Shown in pieces: positions 49,906-59,616 of a DNA stretch of 64,000 bases. Positions within the stretch are counted from its first letter, which is position 1. Each line of letters starts with the position of its first letter. The notes beneath the pieces were generated by a model that worked only from the letters and a program-made list of their open reading frames with translations, was not told where the DNA came from and did not search any database. The DNA comes from an uncultured Acidobacteriota bacterium (GTDB lineage: Bacteria; Acidobacteriota; Vicinamibacteria; Vicinamibacterales; UBA8438), in contig CAJWLU010000001.1 of assembly GCA_913043225.1 (NCBI GenBank), forward strand, positions 256,001 through 320,000, read 5' to 3'. Position numbers and translations under genes: made by a program.

Positions 49906-52107
49906 CTAGCGGGCCAGCGGATCTGGCCGGAGCTGGAAGTGCACGATCTTGCTCTTCGTGCCCTTGCCGCCTTCGGTGTGCCAGATATAGTTCGAACCGT
50001 AGTTGGCCCAGAGCCCACGGCCCTTCCATCCAGCGTCTGGGTCGTCGATACGACCGTCGAGACCGCGGGAGTAGAACGCCATCGGATACGGCACCCGCAG
50101 GACCAGCCACTCGCCGGTGTCTGGGTCGAGAGCCAGCAGCGAGTCCGACGTCGACCCGTTGGCAATCGGGATGTTCTCGCCCATCCCAAGAGTGTTGTAC
50201 TGATCAACCCAGCTGTAGTAGTGGAAATCGGCACCGACATTGCCTTCCACGCCACGCATCTTCGGACCCGGCATCGGGTAGAGAGTCCATCCCTCTGGGC
50301 AGTGCTGACCGGTTGCGGTCGGCCCGTTCGTCACCGCGCACTTGCTGCGGTCGAAGCTGGCCATGTGGCTGCTGCCTGAAAGAGCGGCCCAGATGATGCC
50401 GTCGCGATCCACGTCGATGCCGCGAGGCGAGAACCCGGTCTCCATCGACCCGAGGTCCCCGTTCTCGATGGATGGCGGCTGATACATCTCGGCGATACAG
50501 GTCTCGGGCGGACTATCCCCTCGGTCAAGCCTGACAATCGCCCCTGGGAACGGTCCAGTCCTACTGATCCACGCGGCGTGGTCAGTCGGGTGCGCGATGA
50601 TGCCGTAGCCGAATCCGGCCACCCGACTATCCAGTGACGGGTCTGGGTTCTCTTCCCGCGGCTCGTTCCACGGCTTGGTGATCACACCGTCCCCGTTGGT
50701 GTCGAGCACGGTCGGGCACCAGCCCTGAGAGAATCGCTCGTCGCCAGTCTCATCGTACAGCTCCGTGTTCAGCCAGCCCACGACGTTGCCGTCGCCGCTG
50801 AACCAGAGGGTGTGCTCCTCGTCCTCACCGAACTGCAGGTGGTGTGTTCCGTAGCAAGTGTCCACCAGCACGAACCGCTCGCGCTCCGGGTCGTAATAGG
50901 ATGCGTGACGGCCGGAACGACCGACGGAGTAGTACTGGGCGTACGGATTGTCTGACCCCTCGCGGCACCAGTCGTCGTTCTGGAAGGGACGGATCGTCGA
51001 GGTCATCCAGAGACGGCCCTGGTGGTCCATCATCGGATTGTGCGGATCAGAACGCTCATTCGCACCCACACCCCAGAGCTCCTGATCGCCCCAGTAGTAC
51101 GACGGCGTGATCACGTCCGGGAAACGGGTGGGCATGACCTCGGGGTCGGGACGCACCGGAATGGTAAGTTCGGTCGCCGTATTGGCCACCGGGTCCACCA
51201 TCGTGATGGTGCCGTGCCCCGCCGAGACGCCGTAGACCGGCCCGTCCCCATTGAGCCGCGGGTCGCGCTTGTCGGTGACGATCTCATCGTGGATGAAGGA
51301 CGTGTCCTGGCCCCAGTCCCACAACGTCACCACAACGTTCCGCTCTGCGCCTGCCGGCCGAGGCGGCGCCTCCGGAACCTCACCCGCGGCGATACGGTCG
51401 GTCCAGTCCGCGAACATCTCGAGCGCAGGCTCACGCCCGAACCGATTCATAGCGTTACTCATCTGATTACCGCGCTGCCCGGTCTGGACGCGGTGGTCCC
51501 AGGCGGCTACGGTCGAGTCGAACTGGTCGCGCTCCTGCACGACACGGGTCGCCTCGTTCCCGAGCTGATGACACAGCTGGCACCCCTGCTTCATGTTGTC
51601 CACGAAGTGCGACTGCCTGCTCATGGCAGGGTTGATGCCGTTGCCACCGTTACCGGTACCCGGGAACTCGGAGGCCGGCGGCGGCTCGAGCAGCGAATAC
51701 CAGTAGTTGCCCGGATAGACCTGTGCCGCCGCCCGCGCGTCAGGCGCGATGACGGCGGTCAGCTCGACCCCTTCGGCCCCGGTAGTCAGCTGGACCTTCT
51801 CGGAGTCGACGAGCCCGTAGCCACGCACCCACACGTCGTAGGTGGCCTCCGGCATCTCGGGCAACACGAATCGTCCCCGGTCGTCGGTCACGACGATCTT
51901 GACGAACTTAGTCTCGAGCTCTTCGGTCTCGGCGATGACCCAGACCCCAGCCTCAGGCCCGTTGTCGCTGGCCACGGCCCCGGCGATTACGCCATCGGAC
52001 ATCGACGCGCCCTGACGAGCGGACGCGGTTGCGGTCCAAATGGCGACACCGAGCACCAGCACGAGCATCGGCACGAGCGAATAACGCTGGCGGATTGCGG
52101 TGCGCAT
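49906..52107 (-). CDS. secreted protein: carboxypeptidase-regulatory-like domain, mono-heme c (CQLCH) and beta-propeller
   Basis: Strong SD; signal peptide; VTDDRGRFVLP..YDVWVRGYGL; CxxCH at 51582-51568; propeller repeats (MDHQGRLW, RGIDVDRDGIIW). Confidence 0.85.
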   Translation of the reverse strand: MRTAIRQRYSLVPMLVLVLGVAIWTATASARQGASMSDGVIAGAVASDNGPEAGVWVIAETEELETKFVKIVVTDDRGRFVLPEMPEATYDVWVRGYGLVDSEKVQLTTGAEGVELTAVIAPDARAAAQVYPGNYWYSLLEPPPASEFPGTGNGGNGINPAMSRQSHFVDNMKQGCQLCHQLGNEATRVVQERDQFDSTVAAWDHRVQTGQRGNQMSNAMNRFGREPALEMFADWTDRIAAGEVPEAPPRPAGAERNVVVTLWDWGQDTSFIHDEIVTDKRDPRLNGDGPVYGVSAGHGTITMVDPVANTATELTIPVRPDPEVMPTRFPDVITPSYYWGDQELWGVGANERSDPHNPMMDHQGRLWMTSTIRPFQNDDWCREGSDNPYAQYYSVGRSGRHASYYDPERERFVLVDTCYGTHHLQFGEDEEHTLWFSGDGNVVGWLNTELYDETGDERFSQGWCPTVLDTNGDGVITKPWNEPREENPDPSLDSRVAGFGYGIIAHPTDHAAWISRTGPFPGAIVRLDRGDSPPETCIAEMYQPPSIENGDLGSMETGFSPRGIDVDRDGIIWAALSGSSHMASFDRSKCAVTNGPTATGQHCPEGWTLYPMPGPKMRGVEGNVGADFHYYSWVDQYNTLGMGENIPIANGSTSDSLLALDPDTGEWLVLRVPYPMAFYSRGLDGRIDDPDAGWKGRGLWANYGSNYIWHTEGGKGTKSKIVHFQLRPDPLAR

Positions 52108-52337
52108 ATTCCTTATATCCTCTCCTCCGGGACGCACTTGACCCGGTCTATGGATGCGGTACCCGCGTACACTGTACCTGAGGCTCGGGAGGGGGGTCAA
52201 CGCCCCGGAGCATCGTTCTAGTGCTTGGCGCGGCGGATTCTGACCTGTATGATCTTGGGCTTGTTTGCACTCTTGATGCCCGCCTTTGTCCACGGCACAG
52301 CACTGACGCCGCCCTGTAGGAACGACGAATTTCCGTC

Positions 52338-52904
52338 ATGAACCCGCAGTCCAGGAGTACACGACCGGCCCTCATGGCCCTACTGTCCGCCCTTGCCATC
52401 TGGCTGGGCGGCGGCGCCTATGTAATGCTCGGGGCGCAGCCGGAAGCACCGGAGGAGCCGCCCAGCGCCGAGACCGAAACGGTGGCCGATGCCACCGAGC
52501 AACCGATCGCCTTCAGTCACGAGCACCACGTCACCGAGATAGGCATCGAGTGCCAGTTCTGTCACGCCTACGCACGGCGAGGACCGGTCGCCGGGATCCC
52601 GCCGGTGCAGACGTGCGCTGGCTGTCACGAGGTTGTGCTGAACGAAGAACCAGAGATCCTCAAGGTCCTCGACTACTGGGAGAACGAGGAACCGATCCCT
52701 TGGGTGCGGGTACACAACCTCCCGGACTATGTGCGGTTCTCACACAAACCCCATATCCGCGCCGGCGTGAACTGCGCCGACTGCCATGGCGACGTGGGGT
52801 CGATGGAGGCGGCGGTGCAGGTCGAATCGCTCAGTATGGGCTGGTGCGTCACCTGTCACGAAGAGCAAGACGCCAACAAGGATTGCCTGGTGTGCCACTA
52901 CTGA
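52338..52904 (+). CDS. actA: alternative complex III pentaheme cytochrome c subunit
   Basis: N-terminal TM segment; QPIAFSH; five CxxCH motifs; WVRVHNLPDYVRFSH; SMGWC. Confidence 0.93.
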   Translation: MNPQSRSTRPALMALLSALAIWLGGGAYVMLGAQPEAPEEPPSAETETVADATEQPIAFSHEHHVTEIGIECQFCHAYARRGPVAGIPPVQTCAGCHEVVLNEEPEILKVLDYWENEEPIPWVRVHNLPDYVRFSHKPHIRAGVNCADCHGDVGSMEAAVQVESLSMGWCVTCHEEQDANKDCLVCHY

Positions 52905-52971
52905 CCTGTCGACCGACCGGTTGGGTGCACGACATCAGGATGCGCGGATGGGCCGCGCGGGGAAGGACTCC

Positions 52972-55900
52972 TTGAACAAGGGCAACGACAGTCTGATCGA
53001 GGTCGTCGAACGGCGGACGTTCCTAAAGGTCCTTGGCAGTGCCGGACCAGCCGCGGCGGTAGCGGCCTGCTCGCCGGTCCCGCCCGAAAAGATCATCCCC
53101 ATGGTGGTGCCGCCCGAGGACGTCATCCCCGGGATCGCGACCTGGTACGCCTCGGTCTGCGGCGAGTGCCCGTCGGGGTGCGGGATCCAGGTGCGGACCC
53201 GGGAGGGTCGCGCGGTCAAGATCGAGGGCAACCCCGAGCACCCCGTCAATCAGGGTGGTCTGTGCATCCGGGGCCAGTCGTCGCTGCAAGGACACTACAA
53301 CCCCGACCGGATTGCGGGACCGCAGGCGCGCCGGGTGACCAACGAGGCGGCGGGTCAGAGCGTCCTGGAGCCGACAACCTGGGAAGAGGGGCAGCAGGCG
53401 CTCGTCGATCGTCTGCAGGCGCTCCGGGACGCCGGTCAGGGAGATCGGGTGGCGCTCATCACCCCACCCCTCACCGGCACGATGGCCTCGCTGCTCGACA
53501 CCTGGGCCTCGGTGGCTGGCGGCGTCCGCTGGGTGCAGTACGAACCGTTCGGCTACGAGGCGGTCCGCGACGCGCATCAGCGGCTGTTCGGTCGTGCGGA
53601 ACTCCCCCACTACGATTTCAGCCGTCCGGACCTGGTCATCTCCTTCGGCACTGATTTCCTGGAGACCTTCGGTTCGCCGGTGGGCTACGCCAAGGCGCAC
53701 GCCAACCGCCGCCGGCTCGACGGCGGCGACGCGGCGCGGTTCGTCCAGATCGAGTCGCGGTTCTCGATGACCGGCTCGAACGCCGACGCCTGGCATGCGG
53801 TCACGCCCGGCACCGAGGGGCTGATCGCCGCCGCGATGGTGCAGACGATACTGGCCGAAGACCGCGCCCAGGGCATCGCCCCAGAGGCACTGACGCAGAT
53901 CGGCGATCTCGTCGCCGAGACCACGCCGGAAAGCGCGGCCGCCGCCAGCGGTCTGTCGGCCGACACCATTCGCGAGCTCGCGCGCGAGTTCTCGGATTCG
54001 GCCACCGGCGCCGGACGCAGCCTCGCGGTTGGCGGCGGCGTCGGCGCCTCGGGCGAGACCGGTGCGGACGGACAACTGGCCATCACCTTGCTGAACTACG
54101 TGGCGGGCAACATCGGGGAAACGGTCGACTTCGACCGCGCCTCCACGCTGGGTTCGTCGACCTACGCCGACATGGTCGAGCTGGGCGACGCGATGCGATC
54201 GGGCGACATCGAGCTGGCCATCGTCGTCAACACCAACCCCGTGTTCGCGATGCCGGCCGCAGCCGACTTCGGCGGCGCCCTGGCGGCGGTGCCCTACGTG
54301 GTCAGCCTGTCGACGCTGCCCGACGAAACGTCGGCGCTCGCGGATCTACTGCTGCCGACCCATAGCTCGCTGGAGTCCTGGGGCGACAGCCACCCACGCC
54401 AGGGCGTCTGGGGACTGATGCAGCCGGTGATGCAACCGGTGTTCGACACCCGGCCGCTTGGCGATCTGCTGCTCGACGTGGGTCGAGCGCTCGGTCCGCT
54501 CGACGCCGAGGACGAAAACGCGCCGGCGTTGCCGGCACGGGGCGACTTCTACCGGTATCTGCGGGACGCGTGGGAAGCCCGTATGCCGGTACCGGAGTCG
54601 GACCCCGACGACGAAGAAGCCGAGGCAGAGGCGCCCGACTTCGAGGAATACTGGGAAGCGGCGCTCCGTCGCGGCGGCGTTACGACGCCGGTCGCCTCGA
54701 ACCCGGTCGAGCTCGACCCGACCCTCTTCGAGACGCCACTTTCGGGCCTGTCTCCCGAGTCCACCTCTCGCGCCTTGCGTCTGGTGGCGTACCCGTCCCT
54801 CCACTTCTTTGACGGACGTGGCGCCAACAGGCCCTGGCTACAGGAGATCCCTGAACCGCTGCTCAAGACCACCTGGGGCACCGGGCTCGAGATGACCCCG
54901 GCCACCGCCGAAGGCCTCGGCGCCGACGAGGGCCAGCTGGTGTCGGTCGAGTCCGACCACGGTCAGGTCGATGCGAGCGTCATCCTCAATCCGCATCTCG
55001 CCGACGGCGTGGTCGCCATGGCCATCGGCCAGGGCCACACCAACTTCGGCCGCTACGCCACCGACCGTGGCGTCAGTCCGATGACGATTCTCGCCGCCGC
55101 TCCGGCGCCCGGCGGCGGACCGCGCTGGACCGGAACGGGCGTCGACGTCGCGACGCGAGACGTCGTCAGGCCGATCCCGCGGCTGCAGCGCACCTTCGAC
55201 CAGGAACACCGCGAGCTGGCGCAATCGGCCTCGCAGACGGCGCTCGACGCCGGCGAGGTCCACCCGGAAGAGCACCATTTTAGCCTGTACCCCGAGCACG
55301 AGCATCCCGTGCATCACTGGGGCATGGCGATCGACCTCGATGCCTGCAACGGCTGCAACGCCTGCGTTGCCGCCTGCTACTCCGAGAACAACATCCCGGT
55401 CATGGGCGCCGATCGGATGCGCCGCGGCCGGACCATGTCGTGGCTTCGGATCGAACGCTTCGAGGAACCGCCCCTGGAAGGATCGTCGGGGCCGGACAAC
55501 CGGTTTCTCCCGATGCTCTGTCAGCAGTGCGACCACGCGCCGTGCGAAACGGTCTGCCCGGTGTATGCCACCTACCACACCGACGAAGGCTTGAACGCGC
55601 AGGTCTACAACCGCTGCGTCGGCACCCGGTACTGCGCGAACAACTGCCCCTACAAGGTGCGCCGGTTCAACTGGTTCATGCCGGAATTCGAGTCGCCGCT
55701 CAACCTCCAGCTCAACCCGGACGTGACCGGCCGCAGCGACGGCGTCATGGAGAAGTGCACGTTCTGCGTGCAGCGGATCGCCGACGGGAAGGAAGCCGCC
55801 AAGGACGAAGAACGGCCGGTCCGGGACGGCGACATCTCGCCCGCCTGTGCGCAGAGTTGCCCGGCCGAGGCGATCGTGTTCGGCGACATGAACGACCCGT

Positions 55901-56010
55901 CCAGCCGGGTGACCGAGCTCGGCAATGACAATCGCGCGTATCACGCCCTGGCCGAGTTCAACACCCGACCAGCGGTGACGTACCTGAAGAAGGTGACCCG
56001 GGACGCATGA
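52972..56010 (+). CDS. actB: alternative complex III molybdopterin-oxidoreductase-like plus Fe-S subunit
   Basis: Tat motif ERRTFLK and lipobox VAAC; EGRAVKIEGNP; C-terminal NrfC-like domain with CNGCNACVAAC, CQQCDHAPC, CVGTRYCANNCP and CTFC. Start at TTG 52972 or ATG 52948. Confidence 0.93.
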   Translation: MNKGNDSLIEVVERRTFLKVLGSAGPAAAVAACSPVPPEKIIPMVVPPEDVIPGIATWYASVCGECPSGCGIQVRTREGRAVKIEGNPEHPVNQGGLCIRGQSSLQGHYNPDRIAGPQARRVTNEAAGQSVLEPTTWEEGQQALVDRLQALRDAGQGDRVALITPPLTGTMASLLDTWASVAGGVRWVQYEPFGYEAVRDAHQRLFGRAELPHYDFSRPDLVISFGTDFLETFGSPVGYAKAHANRRRLDGGDAARFVQIESRFSMTGSNADAWHAVTPGTEGLIAAAMVQTILAEDRAQGIAPEALTQIGDLVAETTPESAAAASGLSADTIRELAREFSDSATGAGRSLAVGGGVGASGETGADGQLAITLLNYVAGNIGETVDFDRASTLGSSTYADMVELGDAMRSGDIELAIVVNTNPVFAMPAAADFGGALAAVPYVVSLSTLPDETSALADLLLPTHSSLESWGDSHPRQGVWGLMQPVMQPVFDTRPLGDLLLDVGRALGPLDAEDENAPALPARGDFYRYLRDAWEARMPVPESDPDDEEAEAEAPDFEEYWEAALRRGGVTTPVASNPVELDPTLFETPLSGLSPESTSRALRLVAYPSLHFFDGRGANRPWLQEIPEPLLKTTWGTGLEMTPATAEGLGADEGQLVSVESDHGQVDASVILNPHLADGVVAMAIGQGHTNFGRYATDRGVSPMTILAAAPAPGGGPRWTGTGVDVATRDVVRPIPRLQRTFDQEHRELAQSASQTALDAGEVHPEEHHFSLYPEHEHPVHHWGMAIDLDACNGCNACVAACYSENNIPVMGADRMRRGRTMSWLRIERFEEPPLEGSSGPDNRFLPMLCQQCDHAPCETVCPVYATYHTDEGLNAQVYNRCVGTRYCANNCPYKVRRFNWFMPEFESPLNLQLNPDVTGRSDGVMEKCTFCVQRIADGKEAAKDEERPVRDGDISPACAQSCPAEAIVFGDMNDPSSRVTELGNDNRAYHALAEFNTRPAVTYLKKVTRDA

Positions 56011-57326
56011 GCTTCTCGAAGATCAACGACGACATCCTGCGGACGCTGCACGCGCCAGGGCGGTGGTGGTATGTCGGGCTCCTCGCGGCGCTCTCCGCCC
56101 TGTCGTTCGGCGCCTACGCGTTCATGATCCAGGCCACGACCGGCCTGGGAGTCGCCGGTTACGAGCACCCGATCCTCTGGGGCATCTACATCACCGACTT
56201 CGTCTTCTGGGTCGGGATCGCACATTCGGGCACGCTGATCTCGGCGGTGCTGTTCCTGTTCCGGGCCAGATGGCGAACCGCGGTGGCGCGCGCATCGGAG
56301 GCGATGACCGTCTTCGCGGTGTGCACCGCGGGGCTCTTCCCGATCATCCACATCGGTCGCCCGTGGTTCTTCTACTGGCTCATCCCGTATCCGAACGAAC
56401 GTCAGCTCTGGGTCAACTTCCGGTCGCCGCTGGTGTGGGACGTCTTCGCCATCACGACGTATCTGACCGTCAGCGCGATGTTCCTGTATCTGGGCCTGAT
56501 GCCGGACATCGCGGCGGCCCGAGACAAGATCAAGGACTGGCGTCGACCGATCTACAAGCTGCTGTCGTTCGGCTGGCTCGGCACGAGCAAGCAGTGGCGC
56601 CATTACACAGCGCTCTACGGGTTCTTCGCCGCGCTGGCGACGCCGCTCGTCATCTCGGTCCACAGCGTCGTCTCGTGGGACTTCGCGGTGTCGATCCTGC
56701 CGGGCTGGCATAGCACCATCTTCGCGCCCTACTTCGTGGCCGGCGCCATCTTCTCCGGTCTCGCCATGGTGATCACCCTGCTTGTCCCCATGCGCAAGAT
56801 CTTCAAGCTCGAGAGCTACATCACCGTCCATCACTTCGAGAACCTCGCGAAGCTGATGCTGACCACCTCGCTCATCGTCGGCTATGCCTACATGGTCGAG
56901 TTCTTCGTCGCGTGGTACAGCGGCAGCCGGTTCGAGCAGGGCACCTTCTACGACCGGATGTTCGGCCAGTACTGGGCCTACAGCTGGATGATGTTCTTCT
57001 GTAACGTCATCCTGCCGCTGAGCCTGTTCTTCAAGGCGGTCCGCGGCAATCTGGCGCCCCTGTTCATCGTGTCGATCTTCGTGAACATCGGCATGTGGCT
57101 CGAACGCTACGTCATCATCGTGACCTCGCTGTCACACGACTTCGACCCGGCCAACTGGGCCGGCGTCTATCAGCCGACCTGGATCGAGGGCGCGATCACG
57201 ATCGGGTCCTTCGGCATGTTCTTCACCCTGTTCCTGCTGTTCGTGAAGAACTTCCCGGCGGTCTCCATCACCGAGATGAAGGAAGCGGAAACGCTGGACC
57301 GACCGCACGAGGCCACCTCGGCCTGA
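56007..57326 (+). CDS. actC: alternative complex III quinol-binding NrfD-like subunit
   Basis: FVFWVGIAHSGTLISA, HIGRPW, NFRSPLVWD, SVHSVVSWDF, GWHSTIFAPYFVAGA. Confidence 0.95.
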   Translation: MSFSKINDDILRTLHAPGRWWYVGLLAALSALSFGAYAFMIQATTGLGVAGYEHPILWGIYITDFVFWVGIAHSGTLISAVLFLFRARWRTAVARASEAMTVFAVCTAGLFPIIHIGRPWFFYWLIPYPNERQLWVNFRSPLVWDVFAITTYLTVSAMFLYLGLMPDIAAARDKIKDWRRPIYKLLSFGWLGTSKQWRHYTALYGFFAALATPLVISVHSVVSWDFAVSILPGWHSTIFAPYFVAGAIFSGLAMVITLLVPMRKIFKLESYITVHHFENLAKLMLTTSLIVGYAYMVEFFVAWYSGSRFEQGTFYDRMFGQYWAYSWMMFFCNVILPLSLFFKAVRGNLAPLFIVSIFVNIGMWLERYVIIVTSLSHDFDPANWAGVYQPTWIEGAITIGSFGMFFTLFLLFVKNFPAVSITEMKEAETLDRPHEATSA

Positions 57327-57335
57327 CGAGTGACC

Positions 57336-57839
57336 ATGGCGACTGAGGCAACGGTGCTCGGCATCTTCGACGACGGCAGGCCGGCCGCGAATGCGGCCAA
57401 GGCGCTGCGTGAGGCTGGGCTCGGACAGATCACGGCCTATTCACCCGTGCCCGACCACAACGTGGAGCACGCGATGCACGACTCGGTCAGCCCGGTCCGG
57501 ACATTCGTCCTGGTCGGCGGCCTCGTCGGCTGTTTTCTGGGTTTCGCGTTCCCGATCTACACCGTCCTCGACTGGCCGATGATCACGGGCGGCAAACCGC
57601 TCATCTCGATCCCCGCCTTCGTGGTGATCGCCTTCGAGCTGACCATCCTGATCGGCGCCATCAGCGGCATGCTGTCGTTCCTGGGCATGGCGGGGCTGCC
57701 CCGGTTGACTGGCCAACCGGCGCCAGACCCTAGCTTCACGAACGACAAGTTCGGGTTGAGCGTGGTCTGCGACGCCGGGCAGGCGGCCGCGGTGCGTGAG
57801 CAGCTCGAGCAGTATGGGGCTACCGAGATCCGGGAGTAG
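57336..57839 (+). CDS. actD: alternative complex III subunit D (DUF3341)
   Basis: YSPVP, two TM segments, DWPMITGGKP, FELTIL, FTNDKF. Confidence 0.92.
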   Translation: MATEATVLGIFDDGRPAANAAKALREAGLGQITAYSPVPDHNVEHAMHDSVSPVRTFVLVGGLVGCFLGFAFPIYTVLDWPMITGGKPLISIPAFVVIAFELTILIGAISGMLSFLGMAGLPRLTGQPAPDPSFTNDKFGLSVVCDAGQAAAVREQLEQYGATEIRE

Positions 57840-57841
57840 GC

Positions 57842-58363
57842 ATGACTGGAATGAGAGCGCTCGTCGGTCACGGACTCCGCGCGGGAATGCTCGTCGTCCT
57901 GGCGACCGCCATGGCCTCGGCGCAGCCGGCCATCATGCGAAACATGTGGGAAGGCCCGGTCGTGCTGCCCGGGACAGACCCGCGCGCCCCGGTTGAGGAC
58001 ACCATTGCCGTGGACGGGGTCCGTCTCCGCGACCGGATCGAATCGCAAGATCTTCCGAATCCGCTCGAGCCCACTCCTGACGTGCTGGCGGACGGAGAGC
58101 AACTCTACGGCACCTATTGCGCGGTGTGCCACGGCCAGGCCGGCCAGGGCGATGGCCAGATCGCCAGCCATTTTCGTCGGATGCCCGACCTGCGGCTGCC
58201 GCACATCCAAGAGAACTACACCGACGGCTGGATCTACGCCATCATCCGCGAGGGTGGCTTCAACATGCCTCCGCTCGCCTCACAGCTCAGCCCCGAGGAA
58301 CGGTGGGCGGTCGTGCTCTACGTGAAGTCGTTCGAGACCGTCCGGCCCCAGAGACGCCAATGA
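57842..58363 (+). CDS. actE: alternative complex III mono-heme cytochrome c subunit
   Basis: YCAVCHG, MP axial Met, ERWAVVLYV; position in the operon. Confidence 0.88.
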   Translation: MTGMRALVGHGLRAGMLVVLATAMASAQPAIMRNMWEGPVVLPGTDPRAPVEDTIAVDGVRLRDRIESQDLPNPLEPTPDVLADGEQLYGTYCAVCHGQAGQGDGQIASHFRRMPDLRLPHIQENYTDGWIYAIIREGGFNMPPLASQLSPEERWAVVLYVKSFETVRPQRRQ

Positions 58364-59604
58364 TCGCGGTCGGAACCCCCATCGTGCCCGACGGCACACG
58401 CCGTCTCTGTCTGGGCGCCGGCCTGGTCGGCGCCTTGTCGTTCGTGGCAGGACTGTTCATCGGCGACAGCATCCGGGCCTGGCAGTCGCTGCTGGTGAAT
58501 TTCCTGTTCTTCGGCGGATTGGCGCAGGCAGGCGTGGTCCTCTCGGCGATCATGCAGGTCACCTCCTCTCGTTGGGGGCGTGGTCTCAAGCGCACGGCGG
58601 AAGCCACCTCCGCGTTCTTCCCCATCTCGTTCGTGCTGCTCGTCGTGCTCCTGCTCGGCACGAGCGCGTGGATGCCCTGGGTGCACCATCCGGTCGAAGC
58701 GAAGACGCCGTGGCTCAACATCCCGTTCTTCGTGAGCCGGCAACTCGTCGGATTCTTCCTGCTCTCCGGACTGAGCGCCCTCTATGTCTACCGGTCGCTC
58801 CGGGCGGACATCGGTCAGCTCGATGAGTCGGCCGAGGTGAAGGCCACCGGCATCAGCCGACGCCTGATCGAGGGGTGGCAGGGAACCGACGCCGAGCGCG
58901 ACGCCTCACAACGGTCCCAGAGCCGGCTGGCCCCCGCGATCCTGATCGCCTACGGGTGGATCTTCACCCTAGTGGGTTTCGACTTCTTCATGTCGCTCGA
59001 ACCGCACTGGTTCTCCACTCTGGCTGGCGGCTACTACTTCATCGGCAATCTCTTCATCGGGATCGCGTTCCTCAGCGTGATCGCCGTGTGGTCGCGCGAC
59101 AAGCTACAGCTGGCCCACTACATCGGCTCGCATCAGCTCCACGACATCGGGAAGCTCCTGTTCGGCTTCTGTATTCTGTGGGCATACATGTTCTGGTCGC
59201 AGTATCTCGTCATCTGGTACGGCGACCTGGCCGAAGAGACCGAGTTCATCTATCACCGCATGCACGGCGCCTGGGCGCCGGTCGCCTGGATCGTGTTCGC
59301 GATGGCGTTCGTCATCCCGTTCGTGGTGCTCCTGAGCCGGGCGGTCAAGACGAATGCCCGTGGCCTGACCATCATCGCGCTCGTGGCCTTCGTCGGGATG
59401 TGGCTCGAGCGGTTCATTCTGGTGTCACCGTCTCTCTGGCAGGGTGACGGCGTTCCCCTCGGTCTGGTCGAGTTGCTGGTCACGGTTGGCGTCGGCGGGT
59501 TGTTCGCCTGGTGCTACCTGACCTTCCTGCAGACGTTCCCGGTAATCCCGGTGGCCGATCCCCGATTGGAACCAGCCTCCGCACATCCCAACGCTCACCA
59601 TTGA
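58360..59604 (+). CDS. actF: alternative complex III membrane subunit F
   Basis: WLNIPFF, MSLEPHWFST, HDIGKLLFGF, YMFWSQYLVIWY; ATGA overlap with actE. Confidence 0.93.
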   Translation: MIAVGTPIVPDGTRRLCLGAGLVGALSFVAGLFIGDSIRAWQSLLVNFLFFGGLAQAGVVLSAIMQVTSSRWGRGLKRTAEATSAFFPISFVLLVVLLLGTSAWMPWVHHPVEAKTPWLNIPFFVSRQLVGFFLLSGLSALYVYRSLRADIGQLDESAEVKATGISRRLIEGWQGTDAERDASQRSQSRLAPAILIAYGWIFTLVGFDFFMSLEPHWFSTLAGGYYFIGNLFIGIAFLSVIAVWSRDKLQLAHYIGSHQLHDIGKLLFGFCILWAYMFWSQYLVIWYGDLAEETEFIYHRMHGAWAPVAWIVFAMAFVIPFVVLLSRAVKTNARGLTIIALVAFVGMWLERFILVSPSLWQGDGVPLGLVELLVTVGVGGLFAWCYLTFLQTFPVIPVADPRLEPASAHPNAHH

Positions 59605-59616
59605 CGGGGATCCTCG

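Noticed and set aside
52972..57326. Annotation as polysulfide or tetrathionate reductase
   Set aside because: The fused B1-B2 subunit plus actA, D, E and F in canonical order identifies alternative complex III.
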